Positions 16,433 to 25,706 of a stretch of DNA of 25,802 bases are shown here, piece by piece. How positions within the stretch are numbered: position 1 is the first letter of the stretch; every line of letters starts with the position of its first letter. Source of the stretch: a virus (lineage: Duplodnaviria; Caudoviricetes). The stretch lies in IMG/VR virus record IMGVR_UViG_3300031455_000006, positions 1-25,802 of that record, one strand, 5' to 3'. The position numbers and the translations under genes are program-made. Below the pieces are notes generated by a model. It made no database searches. It was not told the origin of the DNA and was given only the letters and a program-made list of their open reading frames with translations.

Positions 16433-16927
16433 TTACAAAACCTCTTCCCAATCACCAATGAAGAAATAAGATTGAGTATCGCCAAGTTGAGTAGGTTTTC
16501 CGATGAAAGTAATTTCAAATTTATCTGATTCTTTTTTAAAGGTTCTTGTAAACCCTGTTTCTGGGGAAACAAAAGCACTCCAAATACACAAATCAAATTC
16601 TTTTGAATCGCCCGCATCATATGGATGAATAATTAATCTTTTTCCTGTTGTGTCAACGTTTGAAGCTTCATCGTACAAGCCATGTTCATGCTGTTTAAGA
16701 GTTGGAGAAATGATCTTTAAAGTTTCATAAGAAACACTATCAATGACAACTGTGAAGGCAACTTGATACTCCTCAAGGATAAACTTTTTTACAGTGTTTC
16801 CAGTCCCACCATATAAAGGCATATATTTAGGAACTGCTGAAAATACTGCTTCATCTGCCATGCTTGGAAGTTTTTTACCATCATATGTGATCTCACATAA
16901 ACCAAAAGGGATATTTAATTCGTTCAT
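16433..16927 (-). CDS. Second tail-tube-like protein (paralog of 15505-16020)
   Basis: Aligns end to end by eye with the major tail protein (FGL..I..DGK, P.DAG, GFTR, F.IG). Confidence 0.7.
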   Translation of the reverse strand: MNELNIPFGLCEITYDGKKLPSMADEAVFSAVPKYMPLYGGTGNTVKKFILEEYQVAFTVVIDSVSYETLKIISPTLKQHEHGLYDEASNVDTTGKRLIIHPYDAGDSKEFDLCIWSAFVSPETGFTRTFKKESDKFEITFIGKPTQLGDTQSYFFIGDWEEVL

Positions 16928-17322
16928 TGTCCTAACCCCTTTTTCATCGCTTCACCGATGTGTTTAGTGTATTTTCCTCTATACTGTGTCATAGGTTGAC
17001 CTAGGAATTTCCTTCCAACTGTCATGCCATCAAATCCAGATTTCTTTTGAGATGTTTCACCTAGTTTGTAGAAAGATTCATGACGAATTAACGTATATTT
17101 TTTCTTATATCCGACCTTCGCAACTATTTGACTTCCTTCTTTTTTGGCTGGCTCTACCGTTCCAGATTCCATTAAGCCACCCTCTTTTAAAGGTGCTAAT
17201 CGTTGTGAGGCTGACAGAAGATCTTCAGCGACTTCATTGATAGCTTTTTCAATGCTTTTAATAGTGCTTTCTTCGATCCTTTTCAATTCTTTAGAGAAAA
17301 GGTTTATATCCATTTGTTTCAT
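16924..17322 (-). CDS. HK97 gp10-like neck / tail-completion protein
   Basis: LAPLKEGGLMESG...VGY..Y..IRHE...GRKFL motif. Confidence 0.75.
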   Translation of the reverse strand: MKQMDINLFSKELKRIEESTIKSIEKAINEVAEDLLSASQRLAPLKEGGLMESGTVEPAKKEGSQIVAKVGYKKKYTLIRHESFYKLGETSQKKSGFDGMTVGRKFLGQPMTQYRGKYTKHIGEAMKKGLGQ

Positions 17323-17612
17323 ACGAATATCACCTTTTTCACAATTTCACCTATGGAATTTCTAGTGATTTTCATAGAAATAATCGTAAATTCCTTACCT
17401 TCAAATTCAAATTTATCATCAACATTAACAACGGTTGTGGCAGAAAGAATAACTTCTAACTGTGACACCGTTTCAATATTAGTTTGATTTTTTACAAGTT
17501 GGATTTTCTCTTTTACCCTACACTTTTCAAAGCGTTCATTCTTTTTAATCGGCTTCCCATAACCATCACGACCAATTTCATAAATCGTACAATCCTGATA
17601 AAGAGTGATCAT
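17319..17612 (-). CDS. Head-closure (stopper) protein
   Basis: 97 aa, RDGYGKP..CRV; beta-rich; second gene of the connector block. Confidence 0.65.
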   Translation of the reverse strand: MITLYQDCTIYEIGRDGYGKPIKKNERFEKCRVKEKIQLVKNQTNIETVSQLEVILSATTVVNVDDKFEFEGKEFTIISMKITRNSIGEIVKKVIFV

Positions 17613-17977
17613 GTGATTTTGCCAACTTTTTTATAAATGTGCTTCTTTAAAAATACTTTTGTAACAGGGGAAATAATTGAATGTGTCATTGTAAAAGACA
17701 TATCCTCAACCTTATAAGAAACAACACCCTCACGCTGAAGTCTTGAGCGCTCTTTATCGAAGGTTAGAAGAAAAATGGCTTGCTCATATATGGCATGGAG
17801 ATAAATAAGTTCACCTTTTACACCATTTCTCAAATCAAAGGAGTTATTAATATACATTTCTGCTTTTTTAAGCAACGCCTTTTTTTCTTCATAGCTCAAA
17901 TAAGGGGAAATCCACTCATCTTTTTCTTGGTGATTTTGAAAGTAGGAATCGGAATCGCATACATTAAATTCAATCAT
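17609..17977 (-). CDS. Head-tail adaptor protein
   Basis: ALLKKAEMYIN..AIYEQAIFL..GVVSYKVEDMS; follows the capsid gene. Confidence 0.65.
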   Translation of the reverse strand: MIEFNVCDSDSYFQNHQEKDEWISPYLSYEEKKALLKKAEMYINNSFDLRNGVKGELIYLHAIYEQAIFLLTFDKERSRLQREGVVSYKVEDMSFTMTHSIISPVTKVFLKKHIYKKVGKIT

Positions 17978-18173
17978 TTTTCTTCACCTTCTTAGGTGTG
18001 TTTTTTTTAGTTGTTTTTTTAACTGCTGGTTTTTCTTCTTCAACTTTAGGAATTTTTTCATCTGTAAATAGAGAAAAACCTTCTCTATCTTTATATAAAA
18101 TTTCCCAAGCTGAAAGAGTAACTTCAATAATCTTATTCGCATTATTGATAATTTTAATTTTTTCACTTTTCAT
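17970..18173 (-). CDS. Small hypothetical protein with a Lys-rich tail
   Basis: ATG at 18173 with GGAGG SD; typical small gene after a capsid gene. Confidence 0.65.
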   Translation of the reverse strand: MKSEKIKIINNANKIIEVTLSAWEILYKDREGFSLFTDEKIPKVEEEKPAVKKTTKKNTPKKVKKND

Positions 18174-18192
18174 ATTTGATACCTCCAAATTT

Positions 18193-18225
18193 AATAAAAA
18201 GGGGAGATAAAATCCCCTTTTTATT
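18193..18225 (-). terminator. Terminator after the capsid gene
   Basis: AATAAAAAGGGGA/TCCCCTTTTTATT. Confidence 0.7.
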
Positions 18226-19054
18226 AACCTTCTTGATTATCTTTTTTAAGAGAAGCAAAAGCATCTGGCTTAGTCACAACATGTGCAAAGTGACCAATTA
18301 CACGTAGTGCTACCATATCTCGTTCCGCAAGATTTACACCGTTTACTGTAGCTTCTTCAAGTAGCTTATATTCAATTTCACCTTTGATTCCTACCACAGA
18401 ACGGCTCCAGTCACCCAAAATTGCTGTTGTATTAGCATCTACACCGAATGAATATTCCACTGGTTGACCATAAAGCTGATCAGAAACTTCACTTGTAATA
18501 GCTGGCACATAAAGTGGATTCCCTTGTGCGTCTTTCAATTTACGCAGACGGTTTTTCGTAGCGAAACCAGTTACGAATCCATTTACATTGTGACCATGAG
18601 CTTCAGCCATTGCCATTGCATCAGACAAATCTTCATCAAGTGATTGACCTGCTGTTGTTCCTTCTACTACCGTTTGTCCTGCCACTGCTGTAGCAATTTT
18701 TGCTAATGCTCTTTGATCAAAAAGCCGTGCAAACTGTTCGTTGATATCGTCTTTGATTTCTTCAAACACATCAACCAATGACTCATTTACTAACTCGCTT
18801 GAGAAGGGAACGATGATTGCGAATTTTTCTGTTTTCAATGTAATAGGCTCGAATTTCGCTTCTGTGCTACCGATTTTTTCACCTTCACCAATTACAAACG
18901 CTTGAGTTCCAAGAAGTACAGGGATAACTTTTTCACCTGTTTTCATTGGTTCGATTTTCGACAACTGCATAATTGTAGATCCGTTTTGGACGCCTTTTAC
19001 AACTTCTTGTGATAATTCTTTACTAAGTACGCCTTGATTATTTTCCTTTAACAT
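18224..19054 (-). CDS. Major capsid protein (HK97 fold)
   Basis: VIGEGEKI..F..ITLKTEKFAIIVPFSSELV; LRKLKDAQGNPLY; LYGQPV; GDWS; NLAERDMVALR; PDAFA. Confidence 0.92.
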   Translation of the reverse strand: MLKENNQGVLSKELSQEVVKGVQNGSTIMQLSKIEPMKTGEKVIPVLLGTQAFVIGEGEKIGSTEAKFEPITLKTEKFAIIVPFSSELVNESLVDVFEEIKDDINEQFARLFDQRALAKIATAVAGQTVVEGTTAGQSLDEDLSDAMAMAEAHGHNVNGFVTGFATKNRLRKLKDAQGNPLYVPAITSEVSDQLYGQPVEYSFGVDANTTAILGDWSRSVVGIKGEIEYKLLEEATVNGVNLAERDMVALRVIGHFAHVVTKPDAFASLKKDNQEG

Positions 19055-19155
19055 TTAAAAATCTCTCTTTTCTATTTTTTTATTTTTTAAAACGCAAAAT
19101 AAGCACCAATAAAAATTGGTCGCCTTAACACTTATTGATTTTTTAATCAGAACGA

Positions 19156-19773
19156 TTAAAATTTTCTACCTAACTTCTTAATGAAGCTAGTATTATCTTG
19201 TTGCTCTTGCTCTAGTGGATTTCCGCCACTATTGCCAAAATCTTGTACTTGCTTTACTTCAAACAAACCTTTATTCAAAGCGCTTTCAATCCATTGTAAC
19301 TTAGATAAATCTGAACCCTCGGGGACTAAATCTCTAAATTGTTCAGGGACAGAATTTAATTTTATTTCAAAAATCTGATTGAATGCTTCTTTGTATTGTT
19401 GAAGCTCTTCATTATCTGAAACAGTTTCTTTTGAATCATTAGTTAAATGAGTTTTTTCAATTTCTTCATTCGTTTCATTAACTTCAACTACTTCTACTCC
19501 AGGCTTAGGCTCTGCTTGGCTATGATTTAAATTATCTTTTATTCCATCCAATTCAGCCTTAACCGCTTCATACTTGTCATTGATGTCTTTGAATCGCTTA
19601 TAAGGAACTGGTTTTTCCTCTGCTTCTTCTTCTTCAACTTCTTCTGTTTCATCTTCTTCAACTTCTACTGTCGAATCTTCTATTTTTACATCTTTGTTTG
19701 ATGAGTCTTCTTCGACTGCTTCAGTTTCTTCTGTTTCTTCAACTGTTTCTAACTCTTTTTCTTTATCTTCCAT
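19156..19773 (-). CDS. Capsid scaffold protein
   Basis: Very acidic, VPYKRFKDIN motif, coiled coil, directly before the capsid gene; no protease gene seen. Confidence 0.75.
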   Translation of the reverse strand: MEDKEKELETVEETEETEAVEEDSSNKDVKIEDSTVEVEEDETEEVEEEEAEEKPVPYKRFKDINDKYEAVKAELDGIKDNLNHSQAEPKPGVEVVEVNETNEEIEKTHLTNDSKETVSDNEELQQYKEAFNQIFEIKLNSVPEQFRDLVPEGSDLSKLQWIESALNKGLFEVKQVQDFGNSGGNPLEQEQQDNTSFIKKLGRKF

Positions 19774-19813
19774 TTAAAATCAATCCTCTCAACATTTTTT
19801 TACGTGATCTAGT

Positions 19814-20776
19814 TCACGGCTTGGATTTTTTTCTCATGTCATAATCTAATTTATTTAATTCTTTCAAGCTGATATTTTGATACTTTTTATCAACCTTATT
19901 TCCTTCACCACGGAATGAGGAAATATAAACTAGGAATATATGCTTACAATTCGGATGCAACGTGTTATAAGGTCTATTCGGCAAAGTCTCAATAGAAGGA
20001 TATTTGTCACTTTGACCGCTTACAGAAAATACCATATCCTCATAGAAAAAACACCAATCAGATGAATTGTGATTTGAAATTTGAATAAGGTCAAAACTCT
20101 TATCATATTCAGCGCTATTTACTTGATACTCTCTTAGCCTGTTTATAGTTCCTTCATTATGTAATATTCTACTTTTTGTCCGAATCACCATATCAACATA
20201 TTTATCAATCTGCCACTTCTTTTTTCCTGCATCAATGAAAGCTGGAACACCTTGGATCAATAGTTTTTCTTTTAATTGTCGCTTAATAACGTCATAACTT
20301 TCACCAGATTGAATCATTGCTGTAATAAGTTCTTTAGCATTTTCACGAATGATCCTTTTGGCTTGCTGTTCCATGAAAGTAGTGCGCTTTGCCAAATCTG
20401 AGTATAAATCAGAAATCGCTTTTTCTAGCGCTTTCTTATGTACTACACCTGAACCTTTGACGATTTCAAGATTAACAACTAAATCATCAACATTTTTCAA
20501 AGAAGAAAAATAAAATGAGGGGAAAATGTTTTCAGCATAATCCTTTGTTTGAGTTTTTAAATCCTCAAGAATATCGCTAATTTCCTTCATAATTCCTTGC
20601 GACTGCTGAACACTCAAATCCTTATCAATCTGTTTTTCTAATAACTTCAAAATCGATGCATAAGCCGTGACATAAATAAAAATTAACTTCTTTGATTCAT
20701 CATCAAGGTTCTCAATTTTAATATCTTCATCTTCAAACTCATTTAAAAATTCTTCATACTCTTCATTAAACTCCAT
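19814..20776 (-). CDS. Minor capsid / head morphogenesis protein
   Basis: FIDAGKKKW..Y..M..RT; C-terminal LHPNCKH; lies between portal and scaffold. Confidence 0.8.
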   Translation of the reverse strand: MEFNEEYEEFLNEFEDEDIKIENLDDESKKLIFIYVTAYASILKLLEKQIDKDLSVQQSQGIMKEISDILEDLKTQTKDYAENIFPSFYFSSLKNVDDLVVNLEIVKGSGVVHKKALEKAISDLYSDLAKRTTFMEQQAKRIIRENAKELITAMIQSGESYDVIKRQLKEKLLIQGVPAFIDAGKKKWQIDKYVDMVIRTKSRILHNEGTINRLREYQVNSAEYDKSFDLIQISNHNSSDWCFFYEDMVFSVSGQSDKYPSIETLPNRPYNTLHPNCKHIFLVYISSFRGEGNKVDKKYQNISLKELNKLDYDMRKKSKP

Positions 20777-20782
20777 TATTCA

Positions 20783-22078
20783 TTACTCCATGAAAGAGAG
20801 CCTTGAACGCTCATTTTCTTCATTGATAATTTCAAGAAATTCATCTTCAATTTCTTTTGCTGAATAATGAGGATTTAAACGAGCAATCGAAGCTTTAATC
20901 GAGGTATTACCTGCAACAATCTTTAATTGTTCTTCTTGTGCTTGAGTATATGAATCAGTAGGCATTGAAGCCGATAATTCTACAGTTGGTAAGGTTGGTG
21001 TATATTTTCCGTTCCCTGCTAAAACATCTAAATGCTGTGCTTGTAATAAGATTTTTTTTATTCCATGCTCAAAATATTTAAGCGAATTGTCTATAACCGA
21101 ACTAGTACGGAATGCTTTTAACTTAATTGATAAGGCTGAACTATTTGCAGATTCTTTTGTTAAGCCATAAAGATTGGCATTCAATGGTGAAAGATAGTGG
21201 ATAGCTTTCATGATAATTGAATCCATATACTCAAAATTAGCTTTTAATTGCGATTCCCACGTTAAATATTTAGGTTCGATTTCTCCATCTTCAACAGGGA
21301 TGTATAAACCATTTTCACCTTTTTGAAATTTATAATCACTGTCCAATAAACTCATTGAACCGATGATATTAGGGTCGCTATGCTTATCAAGAATTTTACT
21401 AATTTGTGAAACTCTCCAATTGTATTCTTGTAACAATGGTTCTAAGCCAAAATACAAACTATAACCATGAAAATCTCCGTTATTGCGCGCAAATGGGATG
21501 TAAGTAAGCGGTGATTCAGTTAAATATGTATTTACTTCATTGTATTCGGATTCAATCTCTGCACCGACTTCATTATTGTTGTAGACATTTTTCTTACTAA
21601 TGCACCAATAATAACCGTCACGCTTTTCATAGGTTTCACTGTATAAGTACGTTTCATTTCCCTCTTGTACAGGAAAAGCAATTGTTTCTCTTAAAATCTT
21701 TCTCTGATTTCTAGGGTCAAGTTCGGGGAAATAATAATCTGGCTGAATAAAGCTGATTTTACTTTTTCCTCCATCAATGTAGTTCTTAAAAATGACTCCA
21801 CCTTTGACCGCACATGTTATGGAAGCTTCTGAAAGAATGGAATTAAATTCATTTTCAAAGATTAATCTATCTAGCGCTGAATTAACTTCTTCATTATTTT
21901 TTACGCTTGCTGTAATATCATCTTTAAAACTTAGATCACGAAATAATTTTGCCATTTCCATTCCAAGTGCAATTGGAATATATTTTCCTGTTGGCTTCTT
22001 GAACTGTGGCTTATTTCTATATATATCCCAATTCTTCTGGAAACGTCTATGACGCTTGTCATTAAAATTAATTAACAA
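20783..22078 (-). CDS. Portal protein (SPP1 gp6-like)
   Basis: 431 aa after terL; ILDKHSDP, YLTWE, SALSIK features; GGAGG SD. Confidence 0.82.
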   Translation of the reverse strand: MLINFNDKRHRRFQKNWDIYRNKPQFKKPTGKYIPIALGMEMAKLFRDLSFKDDITASVKNNEEVNSALDRLIFENEFNSILSEASITCAVKGGVIFKNYIDGGKSKISFIQPDYYFPELDPRNQRKILRETIAFPVQEGNETYLYSETYEKRDGYYWCISKKNVYNNNEVGAEIESEYNEVNTYLTESPLTYIPFARNNGDFHGYSLYFGLEPLLQEYNWRVSQISKILDKHSDPNIIGSMSLLDSDYKFQKGENGLYIPVEDGEIEPKYLTWESQLKANFEYMDSIIMKAIHYLSPLNANLYGLTKESANSSALSIKLKAFRTSSVIDNSLKYFEHGIKKILLQAQHLDVLAGNGKYTPTLPTVELSASMPTDSYTQAQEEQLKIVAGNTSIKASIARLNPHYSAKEIEDEFLEIINEENERSRLSFME

Positions 22079-22110
22079 TCTTTTTCCTCCTTTTCTTCAA
22101 AATAAAAAAC

Positions 22111-23718
22111 CTATAACCATGATGGCTTAGGTTTTACTGTTTTTGGTTTCTTTACTTTTTCTATTTGCTCCCAAGCACCTGCCAATGAGTCTGGGGCATC
22201 ATCATGCTTGGCATTTGGATTCCAATCTTTCACTTGTGAATTGTATTCTTGATTATCTCGGTTGAACTTAATGACACCATTTACAATATCGGGTTGAAGT
22301 TGCATGATACGAACCTCTTTTTTCGTTCGTGGTTTGATCGGTTTTATACGAATGTGAAAGATACCTTCATCTTTTAATCTTTTCTTCAAATCATTTAAAA
22401 GCATCTCTTGAAAAAGAACACTTTCAACACAAATTAAATCAAGATAATCCTCATACTGCTTCACTTTTTCAACAATCAAATCAATCAATTTATCTGGTGT
22501 AATACGCTTGATAGTTCCATCAATGACATATTTGTAATTGGTGATTTTGTGCTTGCCAAGAATTGTGATTGCTGAAAAATCACCTTTTTTCTTACCCATT
22601 TTCTTACCCATTGCAGGATCAATAAACATAACATTGTGGCAAGTATTTAAATCTGGCAACTTGTCAAAGTATTGAATTACATTGAAAACATAATCCTCTG
22701 CACCTCTTGGTTGACATTGCATTTCCTTGTAGAAGGAAGATTCACCATCATCAACAAGTTTTTTCATTAAGAAGTAGTAATCAAATTTCTCTTGCCATAA
22801 TACACGAACACCCTTCAACATCTCTTCTTGATTAATAAGATAAAATTGATAAGCGTTCTCTTCACGCTCTTTATCTTCTAATGAAGTATAGATTTTTCTC
22901 CATTCTGCCCAAAGGTCTGAACGTTCTGCCCATTCCATAACAGACTGAAAGAATAATTGTTTATATCCTGTTGTATTCGGTGAAAGTAATTCAGAAAGAA
23001 TATCTTCATTATGTAATACCGTTCCTACTACAAGTGTTCTGGTATTCTCATCACCTGCATTTAACAATGAATCCTTATATGTATTAGCAAGTTTTTCTCT
23101 CGCTGAATCTGATTCTGCAACATCGTCTTTAATTAAATCATCACACAAGATTAAAGAAGGTCGATTTTCTTTGTACCTAACTCCACGAATTGAACCCTCA
23201 ATTCCACGAATCATCATTGAAGTATCATTCGTCAACCAGATTTCATCAAATGCCCATTTTTGAGATGATTTCAACTTACCAAAATCCTCAATAACCGCAT
23301 CGTTTGAAGTAATTTCCTCTTTGATCATCGCTAAGAAGGGAACTGCTGTATCTTGTGTGGCTGAAACTAATAAGATGAATTGCAATTTCTTATATAGTAA
23401 GATGTGTACCGGAAATAGAAAGCTTGATAAGGTTGATTTTCCGTTAGCTCTGGGAACTCCGACAACCATTCTTTTTCCTTCATTATTAATAAGCCAATCA
23501 AGTTCATCCATTAATCGGTTATGAAATTGTGAAAATGGCTTGTTGAAGTATTTTGGAAAGTACGCCTGTGCAAAATAAGATATATCTATTTCGCTTAACA
23601 TTTTACGTAAGCCCTCTGATCCTGTGAGGGGATAGTTTAAAATTAATTCTTCAATTTCATTATCGTTGAAGTGTTTTTTTAAATAATTAAATAGTAATTC
23701 TGTTTCTTGCCTGTTCAA
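22111..23718 (-). CDS. terL: Terminase large subunit
   Basis: Walker A PRANGKST; Walker B LILCDD; VVGT coupling motif; nuclease DPA..DFSA..HDDAPD. Confidence 0.95.
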   Translation of the reverse strand: MNRQETELLFNYLKKHFNDNEIEELILNYPLTGSEGLRKMLSEIDISYFAQAYFPKYFNKPFSQFHNRLMDELDWLINNEGKRMVVGVPRANGKSTLSSFLFPVHILLYKKLQFILLVSATQDTAVPFLAMIKEEITSNDAVIEDFGKLKSSQKWAFDEIWLTNDTSMMIRGIEGSIRGVRYKENRPSLILCDDLIKDDVAESDSAREKLANTYKDSLLNAGDENTRTLVVGTVLHNEDILSELLSPNTTGYKQLFFQSVMEWAERSDLWAEWRKIYTSLEDKEREENAYQFYLINQEEMLKGVRVLWQEKFDYYFLMKKLVDDGESSFYKEMQCQPRGAEDYVFNVIQYFDKLPDLNTCHNVMFIDPAMGKKMGKKKGDFSAITILGKHKITNYKYVIDGTIKRITPDKLIDLIVEKVKQYEDYLDLICVESVLFQEMLLNDLKKRLKDEGIFHIRIKPIKPRTKKEVRIMQLQPDIVNGVIKFNRDNQEYNSQVKDWNPNAKHDDAPDSLAGAWEQIEKVKKPKTVKPKPSWL

Positions 23719-23754
23719 TTTAGTAATTTCACCTTCTTTTTAGTTGGATTAAAA

Positions 23755-23924
23755 AAATCAATTATTAAAACAACTCTTACGAGAAAAGGAGTGACTAATG
23801 GAGGAAAGTCAAAACTCGTAAGCGCTGTTTTAATAATTGATTTGGTTGTTGCTTTCTCTTATTGAAAGTGATCGATAAGAAGGGGTGAAGGAAAAACTCA
23901 TCAATCACTTTCAATAAGAGAAAG
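23755..23924. repeat. Two adjacent long inverted repeats upstream of terL
   Basis: 23755-23843 (18-bp perfect outer arms plus inner pairing) and 23852-23924 (21-bp perfect arms). Confidence 0.85.
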
Positions 23925-24050
23925 AATGGATGTTGCTGGGCTGTTGATTGTTGGGCTGTTGGTTTGGTCAAAGTATAAAAAATGGTGCGAATTTTTTGGG
24001 GTTATGGTACATCACCTATCCTCTCCCAAAAATTACCTATACCCCCTAGC

Positions 24051-24450
24051 ACGATATCATTCGACATACTTCGACACAACATGACATACTCACACCCTGT
24101 TATTTCCTATCAACATGCACTGTACACCTTAATGCATCATACATGTGTCACACACCTTACACCTCACACAAGTATGATGTACTTATGTATGTACTACCTC
24201 TTTGCACCTTGTACTATGTACTGTGTGTATGTGTATGTGTATGTGCATGCTATGTACTACCTATGTACCATGTGTATGTGTACCTACTTTATGTGCGACC
24301 GTGTGTACTATGCTGTACTATACTGTGCTGTGCTGTGTTATGTACTGTGTACTGCATGTGTGTATACTTGTATGTACTGTATGTGTTGTACTGTGCGTCC
24401 TCTACCTACTGCATGTTGTACCTCCCACGTACGTATGTATGTATGTACAA
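24051..24450. repeat. Low-complexity alternating purine/pyrimidine tract (TGTA/GTAC-rich)
   Basis: Only one purine-purine step on + across 24178-24448; many TATG/GTAC units. Confidence 0.85.
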
Positions 24451-24543
24451 CCATAATAAAAAGGCTCTCAATAAAAAGAGAACCCGAACATGAAAAAGAT
24501 TTAATTGAATTGAATCACAAAATAAACAAATATAAAATAATAT

Positions 24544-25104
24544 TTAATGTTCGGCTTCCTTTTTTCTCTTAGCACGAATCAATGTACTTTTCGAGATTCC
24601 AAGTGTAGACTCAACTTCTTTATAAGAATGAGAATCCAATAAGCTTAAAGCATGTTCTATCTGCTTTTTTGTAAATTTATTTGGTCTACCTTCTCTAAAA
24701 TCTTCACGCTGTTTAGCAATTGCCTTTCCTTCTTGCGTTCGCTCAACAATCATATCCCTTTCAAATTCAGCAAATGAACTCAGGATATTAAAGATTAATC
24801 TCCCTGTCGGAGTATTCTCTACTAACCCCATGTTCAACACATGAACTTTTACACCCTTTTCAAATAACATTTTAATTGTTTGAATACCGTCTACTGTTGA
24901 ACGAGCGAAACGATCTAACTTTGTTACAACTAAAGTATCACCTTGTTGAAGTTTATTAAGTAGTTCTTGAAATTGTGGTCTTTCTTTTTTCGTTCCAGTA
25001 AATTTCTCTTCAAAAATAATGCCACAATTCTCATTCTTTAACAATTGAATTTGTGATTGTAAATCTTGCCCAAAAGTAGAAACACGAGCATAACCATATT
25101 TCAT
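24544..25104 (-). CDS. Serine recombinase (resolvase/invertase family)
   Basis: [40 protein letters not shown]-terminal HTH; ATG at 25104 with GAGGTG SD. Confidence 0.95.
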   Translation of the reverse strand: MKYGYARVSTFGQDLQSQIQLLKNENCGIIFEEKFTGTKKERPQFQELLNKLQQGDTLVVTKLDRFARSTVDGIQTIKMLFEKGVKVHVLNMGLVENTPTGRLIFNILSSFAEFERDMIVERTQEGKAIAKQREDFREGRPNKFTKKQIEHALSLLDSHSYKEVESTLGISKSTLIRAKRKKEAEH

Positions 25105-25119
25105 GTGTAGCACCTCATT

Positions 25120-25220
25120 TATCAGTAGTATTTATGACACTAAGTAATGACACCTCTTTATATACTGATAATACTACATATAAAATTAGGTGTCAATACT
25201 TTTAAGTTATGACACCGACT
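25120..25220. promoter_or_regulatory. Putative res site / autoregulated resolvase promoter
   Basis: TGACAC at 25135, 25148 and 25210, inverted GTGTCA at 25190, directly upstream of the resolvase. Confidence 0.65.
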
Positions 25221-25274
25221 TGAGAAATATGGTTGATAAAAGAGAAATTTTATTCATTAATCTTCTTGATTAGA

Positions 25275-25706
25275 TCAATCTTGATTAGATTCTTTTTTCT
25301 TTTCCAGCATGTCAAGTAATGCATTCTTGCTCTCAGAATCATCTGTTTTAATTGTGACTTCTTGCTTAAATTGCGGGTCAAGTTCGGCATAAGTCAATAA
25401 CTTAGCAACTGCATTAACTTTTGCTGTTTCATTAGAACCGCTTTTAATAATCTTCATTAGTGAATCAATTAAGCCATTAATATCATTTTTAATTCTTCTC
25501 TTTGATTCATTAACTTTGAAATCAAGTGCTTCCTCATAAGCCTTTTGAAAAGCTCGCCCTTTTTTTCCTTCGCCCTGCATCCATGAATAATAAGTAACCC
25601 TACTAATTCCTACTTGTTCACAAGCATCTTTTATTGTGAGATTCCCTTCAACAAGTAACTCAATCAATTTCATTTGTTTTTCTGTCAATTTATATCTTTC
25701 GTGCAT
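25275..25706 (-). CDS. terS: Terminase small subunit-like HTH protein
   Basis: LTEKQMKLIELL..DACEQVGISRVTYYSW HTH followed by helices; upstream of terL. Confidence 0.7.
   Translation of the reverse strand: MHERYKLTEKQMKLIELLVEGNLTIKDACEQVGISRVTYYSWMQGEGKKGRAFQKAYEEALDFKVNESKRRIKNDINGLIDSLMKIIKSGSNETAKVNAVAKLLTYAELDPQFKQEVTIKTDDSESKNALLDMLEKKKESNQD

Noticed and set aside
222-23524. Other short + strand ORFs and alternative-frame minus ORFs (e.g. 5074-5340, 16405-16620, 17984-18166)
   Set aside because: They overlap better-supported genes and have no independent signals
23982-24572. Three overlapping + strand Cys/Tyr/Val/Met-rich ORFs (196, 116 and 84 aa)
   Set aside because: All stop codons need a purine-purine step, which this tract lacks, so all three frames are open by composition; no SD or protein-like sequence
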